NCBI GenBank assembly: GCA_030141605.1
Contig: JAQGDQ010000325.1
Location: forward strand, 62,001 to 126,000
Length of the DNA stretch: 64,000 nucleotides
Origin: Tubiluchus corallicola
Taxonomy: Eukaryota > Animalia > Priapulida
Direction: 5' to 3'
Numbering within the stretch: the first letter of the stretch is position 1; the number at the start of each line of letters is the position of its first letter. Below, piece after piece: positions 38,501-64,000 of the stretch. Below the pieces are notes generated by a model. That model had not been told where the DNA came from and did not search any database. It was given only the letters and a program-made list of their open reading frames with translations. A program made the translations under genes and the position numbers.

Positions 38501-41500
38501 AAAAGGCAGTTTAAGATTAGGAGGCTAACCTCAAAATGTTCTACTCACCAAAGGCAGTTTTTACTGCATTAAAAGGATGTTAAACCACAACATGTATTGA
38601 TTTACTAAACAAAACTTCTGTTCACCTCAATAAAAGGCGGTGTTTTACAAAGGACGTTAAACCTCAACATGTATTGACTTAAAATACAAATGTTCTGCTC
38701 ACTTTAATAAAAGGCAGTGTTTCATTAGCAAAAAAGCAGATTGCAAACTATTAGCAATTTTTAAACTATTTGGCCACATTAAGCTGCAGGGCTGTCGAGT
38801 AACTGACTTCGGGTTACAGACAAAACCCACAAAGGTGGCTTTGTCAGCTGATTATAAGAGTGAAAGGCAGAGATTTAGACAACATTAACTGGAGAACTGG
38901 AGAAAGGTTAGTTTAAAAAGCTAAGCACATAGTGGGTTTTACTCTAATGAGCATGCTGCACTAGTCCGCCTTCAGGACTCCTGATTTGGAAGGTTTACTC
39001 CTCTACACATGGCCGTTGCGTCACTTGACCTCCTCCGCCCTCTAGCTGTTGGCTGTTTGTGCAGCTCCTCCGCCTAGTGTCGAGATACAGTGTGGCCATC
39101 CCGCAAGCCTACAGCACCTGGTATTGCCAGGCGGTCACCCATCCAAGTACTAACCAGATTCTACGTTGCTTAACTTCGGTGATCAGACGAGAACGGGTGT
39201 TTTCAACGTGATTTGGCCGAAGTCTTCCGGTACTGTATCCATTTACAACTACAGCACTAAGGCACCAACAGAATATTTTCTGTACCGCTTTGTACTCTTA
39301 TGATCAACTCTGTAGAAACTCATCAACATGTCAAACAGATCCACTGCCCCCATGTGCATCCACTATAAGATCTATCAATTAAACTGGCCAAAATTGATTA
39401 GAATAACAAGAAACTGGTTGGATGCTGTCTCTGCAGTCCTCCACCTCTACTGAGAATTTTATGGCAGTAGGCTGTACATCCTTTTTGGAGTCCTCCCTAG
39501 AATGTTTTTATTCACAAACAAAAGGTAGCTATGCTGGTTTATTTGTACAATTTGCAATACGTTTACTTCAATCTGTGTAACTCTCGCTGAAATAAATCAT
39601 GAGTAAAAATATTCAAGAGGGTTGGGGGCGAGTTACAGGGTGGCTCCATATGAGCAGGGCCTATTTCAAGGGGGGGGGAGTGGGGATACTTCCCCGGGGC
39701 CTCACCCTCCAGGGGGCCCCCGCGCCGAGTTAATTGACAACTTTGCGAAACAAAAAGTCAGAAGATGGCTTGTACGGAAGTGAGAGTACGGTATTACATA
39801 TTGCAAAGATGTTGTTTTTGATTTGACTATTTGAGAAGTATTAAGGACTGGTCTTGAGAATAAAGCAGTTTTTCTTTCAATTGTTCTTTCCTCTAACAAC
39901 TGTATAACTCCATATTTTCTCTTTGAAAATGCTTTTCAGGCGTTCTAGCAGTTCAAAAATTTTCTGGGCGCCAACCATGGTGGCACCCACCCTCCGGTGC
40001 TTCGCCCCCTCCCCCGCTGAGGGGCATCACAGCCCCACTTCCCTCGGCCTCACTTAGGCTGAGATAGGCCCTGCATCTGAGGGGCTGATAAAGTAATAAC
40101 CAAGCCCTGGTTACGGATGATTGCTAACAGAAATTGGTGGGCGTCTTCGCGCCCTCGTTATAATTGTTAGTAATTAGTACGACTGATAGTTATTAGTCAG
40201 ACCGTAGAGGGAGCTTATTCTTTCTTTCAAAAATAGAGGTTTGTGCACAAAAACGAAAGAAATTCGTTGAAGTTCAACAGTCAGGCTGAGAAAGAACGCC
40301 TCATGTTACTAAGTGAAGTACCTTAAAAGTGTCTTAACACCTGGTAAACCAAAAACAACTTTGATACCTAATACAAATAAAGATGTTCAACAACTTCAAC
40401 CAAATCCATCTTTAGGAGTAGAAGAACTTACGAGGTTAACAGCAGATATGACAGGAGTGGGTGGAATAAATGGTAACGCATGAGTCTCTACAAAAGACGA
40501 AATGAGAATCTGATGATGATGATGATAATGATAATGATGATGATGATGACGACGACGACGAAGATATTCGTTTTTTCACATTTTCGTAAGTTACAACAAA
40601 ATTATGGCGACAGACAATGACACAGACATGAAAGTTATTACTGAGCTATTTGATCAGATTACAATATAAAAATGATAAAACAGTGACAAAAGACAAAATT
40701 GTTCGCATCATCTTAGAAGGGGCGAATGACTCCGACGAGTGCCAAGAATGTCGCCTTACTTGCCGAACGAATACGCACCAGAAATGACCAAGACTCATCT
40801 GCTGGTGCAGTGTCTCATCTCGCGAGGAATATTTTAAGATACCGCCACCACCATGTACATTAAGTTGGTGCTGCCTTTGACAGCTGGATTATGGCCGAGA
40901 AAGTGTCGAATTTCATACCAAAAATAGCAAGTTTGTGACGTCAGCATAATTATACAAAACAATAAACTATCACAATGTATCATTTACGCCTAAATATCGG
41001 GGTTACGCGACGCTTTCTGTGTGAAATTAACCATTATTCACGCTACGTGGCGTATCTACTTGAATGAAAGAATTTAGAGAACGTGTTGAATTCAGTACAT
41101 ATGAACCCAAAGGATCACCTAAACTTAGAAAAATATAATAAAGAAATTTTGCAGAAAATTGTCCGTAAAATACATGTTTAATTTAGTCAACAACTGTAGA
41201 GAAATTTTCAGGTGCGGTGCTCGACGCCACTCCTTGGTAAATCCGCCCCCGTTTACACGGGGGCGACTCCGATAATATCGCACAAAAATCCGGAAATCAA
41301 TTATTAATCCTGACACGGTGTAGAACGCCTGTGACATTTTCAAAAACAGGGCAGTTCCATGCTGCAAAAGACGCCCTCCGTAGTGTTTTACATTATCAAC
41401 TTTCGAACTTCGATAACAGTCACGTCGCTAACTTTATTCACTACGAATCTGAAGCGTTTTTCGTATGTAAAGTAATTAGAACAAGTAAAGTTCTAACAAG

Positions 41501-43449
41501 ACTGTTGAAAAGTGTCGTCTCTTGCTGTCCAAAGGCGGCGGGAAATCTAGATTCACAAAAACAGGAAGTATGTAACTATAAACTGGATGTTATTATAAAG
41601 TTCGCTTATTTTTGTCAAACTCAAATCCTGAACGGATCCGTTGCCCAAATATCTCTTCAACAAGTACGTAAGTGCGCAGTTTAAGATCAATTGTAGGGCC
41701 TCGAGTTTTAAGTTAAGAAAACTTGTGAGATTTTCATCTTTGCTGGTTAAATTTGATAAAGATTAGGCTAAAGTTCCCCCACACAAGAAATTAGTTCGTG
41801 AAGCGGATTAGGATTTGGGTTAGGATTAGGCTAGGATTACGATTAGGGTTAGGGTTAAAGATAGGGTTATGGTTGGGGTTAAGATTAGGGTTAGGGTTAG
41901 GATTCGGATTAAGGTTAGGATTACGATTAGGGTTAGGATTACTATGAGGGTTAGGATTAGAGATAGGGTTACGGTTGGGGTTAGGATTAGGGTTAGGATT
42001 ACGATTAGGGTTAGGATTAGAGATAGGGTTAGGGTTGGGATTAGGATTAGGGATAGGGTTAGGGATAGGGTTGGGGCTAGGGTTAGAGATAGCATCTGGG
42101 CTAGGGTTAGGGTATTTGACTGGTGTGGGGTAAATGCCTTCCAAAGATTATAAATCATCTGGCGTCAAAAATCAAACTAATCATCCTTTTAAAGGACAAG
42201 AAAACATCTTTTATACATAAGCTTTAAAAAATTGTTTTGAAATTTTGTATCACTTACATGCTGTCTTATTGCACAAGGAACTTGTGTTAACAGTAACGCT
42301 GCATGAAATTTGGAAATATAAGCTCTTGTGATGACCTTTAAGCGCAGTCATTTTGATGATGGGTCGTTTGAAACAAGTTTAGGTAAAACTGCGGAACGAT
42401 TGAATGAATAAGTTCAAGAATGTTTTTGGTGAATCAGTGGTGCACACTGGGAAGGTAAGTCAGAGCCGCCTTTCCAGGCTTTGAATTATTAAGAATTTTT
42501 TTTTCCAGTTACATAAGTCCTTCAAACAGATAAGTGTAATGCCCAGTAATATAACTTTGCAAGAAAAGTTTTTTGGGATGTATTTTAAGATTTCCTTTTC
42601 TTTAAAACAGGCGAATTTGAAACTTGGCTAGAAACGTGATAGTTCGTGTTTAGTTTGTTATTATTTTCGTCGGCTATCGTTTAACCCTATTAGTTGGCAT
42701 GTAGACGTTTGACACCTTTCATAATGTAAGTTCAACAACCGATTATAATTGACAGATAAAGGTTCTGAATACAATGCTATTAATCTGCTGAGATGTCTGA
42801 AAGCAAGAATGTTTCTAGAACTAGATTTTCATTTATAAATTTAAGCTTCTTTATTTTAATAAAGGCTGATTTATACAGTAGATTGAGTTGAGCTGATTCT
42901 GCATTCAAAATCAGAAAACTAGATTCATCAAACCTTCCTCTGTGCATAATACAAACGTTTTTTTGTAAACATATTTTAATAATCCTAATAATTATAAAGT
43001 TACGTGCTCCATTATTTCGATGATGGAATTTTTTACCTGAGCTAAAACAACACTGTTATAGATGAAACAGATAATGCGAATTCACAGTCACAGACGATGG
43101 GTAAAAGTTTAATGATATTCATGATGGCTATTGAATTTAAGAACAACAAAAAACGAGGCCTTATATTTTGCTACAATAAAACACGACATAATTCATTGAT
43201 TCTTGCTTATAATCATTCTTGTAGAGTCATTATGATGAAAATGAAATTTCATTGTACTGTGCAAAGCCAACGAAAAAACAACAACTTCCATGATTACATT
43301 ACAATTAGTGTAGGCCCGCTGAAAACAGCATTCTTACCTTCGCAAAGTTTAGCTATTGTAGGCAACTCAAGCCCTGGCGACGCATCAGACAGCTGAAACT
43401 TCTCAGAACTCCATTCTGCACCGTCGTTTATCTTCCACAAGTCGGACAT
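30098..43449 (-). CDS. CABIT-domain protein (GAREM/THEMIS/Serrano family), about 461 aa, 3 exons
   Basis: Exons 43449-43338, 34105-33932 and 31197-30098 (1386 nt, phases 1,1). Motifs [62 protein letters not shown] and [12 protein letters not shown] fit CABIT architecture. Confidence 0.85.
33229..33632. mobile_element. TTCGAA-rich hAT-like MITE, 8-bp TSD CTTTATAC
   Basis: ctttatac|caggcctgag...ttcaccccta|ctttatac; about 6 related copies in window. Confidence 0.85.
33932..34105 (-). CDS. CABIT protein coding exon 2
   Basis: tttttag|[34 protein letters not shown]...[13 protein letters not shown]|GTAAGA. Confidence 0.87.
35050..35565. repeat. (CAA/CAG)n microsatellite, intronic
   Basis: Direct inspection. 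Confidence 0.95.
36226..36706. repeat. 59-bp minisatellite, about 8 copies
   Basis: Unit gcagcattaatgcttatttttatcaattcttgcaacattaacaacattgcatcgaactg, lying between two transposon fragments (36062-36225 resembles 16798-16955). Confidence 0.93.
38948..39224 (-). mobile_element. 5S-rRNA-derived SINE, 3'-truncated copy
   Basis: Reverse complement of a 5S-like head (about 39105-39224) followed by the shared body. Confidence 0.88.
39655..40073. mobile_element. hAT MITE, 8-bp TSD CAT(A/C)TGAG
   Basis: catatgag|cagggcctat ... ataggccctg|catctgag. Confidence 0.82.
41805..42113 (+). repeat. Degenerate interstitial telomere-like hexamer array (TTAGGG/TTAGGA variants)
   Basis: About 50 hexamers of the gttagg/attagg type. 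Confidence 0.9.
43338..43449 (-). CDS. CABIT protein coding exon 1
   Basis: [37 protein letters not shown], donor G|GTAAGA; phase matches exon 2. Confidence 0.75.
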
Positions 43450-44513
43450 ATTTGTTCCGCGAACAACTACAAACGCTTTCACCTTCTCGGCAAACACTAT
43501 AACAACTGGTTTAAGAAATTAAAACTTGCCGAAAGGTAGAATTTAGGCCTACGCCGGCGAGCGCCATGATGCATAGAATTTCCAAGTACCGCCCCCGTCT
43601 GCAAGGCTGAGCTCTGCTGCTGCAAGTGGGTGCCTGGGAGAACTGACAGGGAGTTGGGAAATACGACAGTTGGCAATTCTAAGAGTAATACAGCGTTTTC
43701 TTACTTTTTAATTTTTTTAGTAGTTATACAGTTTTTGCAGCATATTTAAAATTATTTTATTTTATGTATTATTATCGTCCAAGTCATTAGATTTGTTTCC
43801 ACTCAATAAGCCTAGAAATAACGAAGTTGAACCCAAATTAAAATGTAAATACATTTTGGCATTCGCTAGTTAGACAGGCACTAGCGCCTACATTTCGGAA
43901 ACACAGTGCGCAAAAAACAGGTGCTGCATCTTCAGTGCGGATGTGTTACTTTGTGACGAACTGCACACGTTCAACAGCTCATGAACGTTCAACTGCATGA
44001 ATACAGCGGTAAATTTGAAATTTGAATTTTTATCTTAAAACTTGCCTAGTTTTAGTACAACTCACTGAATTTCTTATAGTAGCACTTCAATTTTCGCCTT
44101 TGCAAACACGTGCAACACGCTCGTGGAATATTTTTGCTGTTGAAAATTATGTTTGTGATGTCATCAATAGTTGGCCTCGTCCGCAGTTAATTAAGTTTTT
44201 AATTTATTATTTAACTAATAGAAATGCTTTTGCAGCATTAGTGGTGTTAAAATGTAAACTTTTTATACGACGTGAAAATGGGGCAGTACGTGAAAAATCA
44301 TCCTGTCTCCCTTTAATTAGTTTAGTGATGTATTTGATACAAGCGTTTTCCCATCTTGATTCTAAAGATTCTGATTTTATATTTAGCACATTTGAGATTC
44401 TTCCGGATACGGTCTAAACATTTTCGTTCCTTAGCAGATATTTTAAAATAAAAATAAAACCGACATTGCCCCGAGAGTAATACGAGTTGGTACTTTACAA
44501 CATCTTAGAGCAT

Positions 44514-45027
44514 TGTTGTTGTTGTTTGTTGGCATCCTTCTGTTTCGGAAGACAATGGGCAGTCCGATCCTTGAACCACTGGAGTAGCTTCTCCAGGGCG
44601 CACGCCTGGGCAAGGTGTATGGAGATCCTGAGTTGCCCAGACAACAGGAACCCCTTCTCTTCCTCCCTGGTGTAGTCCAAAGGAAAGCGGAGCGATACGT
44701 TTGGCACTAGGTTGGCTGCAGGAGCTGCTGGAGTCAGTGAGCATGCTGCACTGGTCCGCCTTTGGGGCTCCGCTCCTGATTTGGAAGGTTTACTCCTCCA
44801 CACATGGCCGTTGGGTCACTTGACCTCCTCCGCCCTCTAGCCGTTGGCTGCTTGTGCAGCTCCTTCGCCTAGTGTCGAGATGCAGTGTGGGCATCCCGCA
44901 GGCCTACAGCACCTGGTATTCCTAGGCGATCACCCATTCAAGTACTAACCAGGCTCTACGTTGCTTAACTTCGGTGATCAGACGAGAACCGATGTTTTCA
45001 ACGTGATATGGCCGTAGTGGCATATAT
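44514..45027 (-). mobile_element. Full-length 5S-rRNA-derived SINE with RTE-type tail, TSD ATCTTAGAGCAT
   Basis: 5S head about 45020-44900, GC-rich body, tail ccattgtcttccgaaacagaaggatgccaac(aa)n; TSD at 44502-44513 and 45028-45039. Confidence 0.92.
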
Positions 45028-45779
45028 ATCTTAGAGCATATAGATAATAAAATCGTTTATTCCAATTCATTAAACAATTGTCTATGTGTCGGGTAAGTTT
45101 TAACTCCTTCATAGTAAAATAATTTGATTAAGGTTTATTTATTCTTGTGGTTAATGCTGCTTGCTGATTATTGTTGTTTATTGTGTGGCGTGTGAGGTAG
45201 CCACGATGGGCATGGCAAACTATCAAGACTTTATTTAATAAACTACACATTTATTAAACAACAACCACAACAATGTAAATATAACAGGTAGTAATGCAAG
45301 ATTCATGACTGCAAGCGTTTGCTGTATTTTCTATCGGTTTATGAAAAATTGCTCTACCCAAGCAGCGAATATGTTATATTTCATCATTTTTGTAGGTTTC
45401 TACTCCTCACACAGTGGAATTCCATGCAAAATTATACATGAAATTCATTTGCTTACCTTAGACAAAACAAAAATCGATTTTTGACGAAAAAAATTCAAAA
45501 AAAGCTTTCAGGAACCGCAGTGTTTGCATTGTAGCAATGTACAGTATCACTTGTGTGAGATCGGCGAATGCTTACCATCCTGGATAATGCGACCGGGTAA
45601 TACCAAAATCGTTGCCCTGCCTGTCACGTGAATTTAAGGTAACAACGGGATGATAATAATGTCTGACACGTGAGTGTAGTGTTGTTGTTTACAGTCGGTA
45701 ATAAAAGCTTGGCAGGCTTGTGTGTTGTATGTTGAATTTAAAACCGACTTTTATAATAAAAAAGTTATATAAGCAAAGT

Positions 45780-45912
45780 TATTGTACATTATTGTTGATG
45801 TTGTTATTACTATTATTATTATTGTTGTTGTCATTATTATTGTTGTTATTGTTATTGTTGTCATTAGTATTGTTGTTAACGTTATAGCAAAGTTATTGTA
45901 TATTATTGCTGC

Positions 45913-45981
<69 letters not shown>

Positions 45982-46097
45982 TGTTGTTGTTGTTATTATT
46001 ATTGTTGTCATTGTCATTGTCGTTGTCGTGGTCGTCGCCGTCGCCATCGTCATTATTATTATTATTGTTATTATTACTATTATTGTCGTCGTCGTCG

Positions 46098-46179
<82 letters not shown>

Positions 46180-46200
46180 CATCACCATAGTCATCATCTT
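45780..46200. repeat. (ATT)n/(GTT/GTC)n microsatellite
   Basis: Direct inspection. Confidence 0.95.
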
Positions 46201-46670
46201 AACTAAGGACGAGTATCGAATATTCGAGTTCGAACAAGCAAATCGAATTCAAACGTTGAAATTCGATTCGAACAAGTTTTTAGTTTTAATTCCATTCAAA
46301 CCTGAAAGTGGTTTTACTTAGGAACAAAATCGGGTAATATGCACAATCTTTGTAAGACCAGTTTTTAGTGGTGTTTCGAAAACTTGTCCGAAAATCTTTC
46401 AATTTCAAATCGAGCTAGATAGATTTGAATTCGAAATCCTGAAATTTGGTTCGATTCGAATTCGAAAGTCACTAATTCCATTCAATTCGAATTCGCTTTC
46501 TGGTTGAGAATGTTCACTCCTAATTTTAACAAAACGTGGCACAATATAAAATATGCATTTTGCCAACCATTGTATTATATATACATAAAATGATGCACGT
46601 ATTATATACATATAGGCTAAAGGTTCTATAATAATTATTATTATTGCATGCGATTTTGTTCAATCTTTGT

Positions 46671-63173
<16,503 letters not shown>

Positions 63174-63816
63174 CTGAAATAGCTGGAACACAAATTTGGG
63201 TGAAAGAAGATAATGGAATAGATAATAAAAAGATAAAAGGTTTTACAGAGATTTTAGCTTGCTGTTTATATCTCATGAAAACAGAATGTTTTTGGTCTAA
63301 AAACTTCAAGTTTAGATTATTTAAAAATGGGTGAATTGGTCCTGGTAAATTACTATAGCTGTATAGAAATTTTCAGGTGCGTCAGTAGCCGAAATTCAAT
63401 TCAAAATTATGACGTAATTGGTGAATTTTGTAGCTTTCCGTTAGTGCACCGTGGCTTTCCGTAAGCGCGTGCCGTTAAACAAATTCAAACTTCTGCAACT
63501 TACCGAATGCTCGTGCAAAAATATCACAAGATTTGCTTTCTAATTTTTTGCAAAAACTTATTTTTTTAACAATGCTTATTGTTAAACTTTGCTGATTTAA
63601 CTCACTTCTTTGAGCACACTAATTGTTATATAATATGTTATGAAATTTTGCAACTTTTATGCTGATGTACCTTGTGTGCATAACATTGTTTTTAGTGCTA
63701 TAACCTTGAATAGGAAACGTACGTAAAGTGACATTTGGACTAAAATCACTAATGTATCGATTGTGGCATTTACCTCGTTCCTCGTGTATACACGTAAGTC
63801 GTTTTAGTCAATAAAC

Positions 63817-63974
63817 TACATACATACAAACATACATACATACATACATACATACATACATACATACATACATACATACATACATACATACATACATACA
63901 TACATACATACATACATACATACATACATACATACATACATACATACATACATACATACATACATACATACATA
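63817..63974. repeat. (CATA)n microsatellite
   Basis: Direct inspection. Confidence 0.97.
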
Positions 63975-64000
63975 AATATTTTAATTTTTTTAAATAAAGA

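Noticed and set aside
41791-42158. (NP)n or (IR/VR)n repeat protein ORFs, or a true chromosome end
   Set aside because: Degenerate hexamer repeat internal to an intron, with unique sequence on both sides.
63774-63815. Additional upstream NRF-6 exon (tgtag|...GAG|GTAAAT on minus)
   Set aside because: The frame needed to join the 63173/63182 acceptor (phase 1) contains an immediate TGA.

Overview
AT-rich, intron-rich, repeat-dense animal (invertebrate-like) genomic DNA; nothing prokaryotic and no CRISPR. I hand-assembled four spliced genes using GT-AG boundaries and consistent intron phases. (1) The 5' part of VPS28 (ESCRT-I), minus strand, coding exons 4544-4393, 2948-2843 and 1449-1348; it continues off the left edge. 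(2) A complete HMBOX1-like HNF-class homeobox gene with an extra AT-hook, plus strand, 15281-22650, 5 coding exons, about 430 aa. (3) A complete CABIT-domain gene (GAREM/THEMIS/Serrano family), minus strand, 43449-30098, 3 exons, about 461 aa. (4) The 3' part of an NRF-6/OACYL-like acyltransferase-3 gene, minus strand, 13 exons from about 63180 down to 46671, with its 5' end probably off the right edge. Introns and intergenic DNA hold many non-autonomous DNA transposons (Kolobok-, hAT-, Tc1/pogo-, piggyBac- and Ginger-like), a solo LTR, RTE/CR1/L2/CRE LINE fragments, a 5S-rRNA-headed SINE with an RTE tail, and mini- and microsatellites. The most unusual theme is duplicated splice sites. A VPS28 donor plus exon end is amplified about 37 times. 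An NRF-6 acceptor plus exon start is present in 7 tandem copies. Another NRF-6 acceptor is duplicated as a LINE target-site duplication. Two further arrays look donor-anchored. Family assignments come from recalled motifs, not from database searches.
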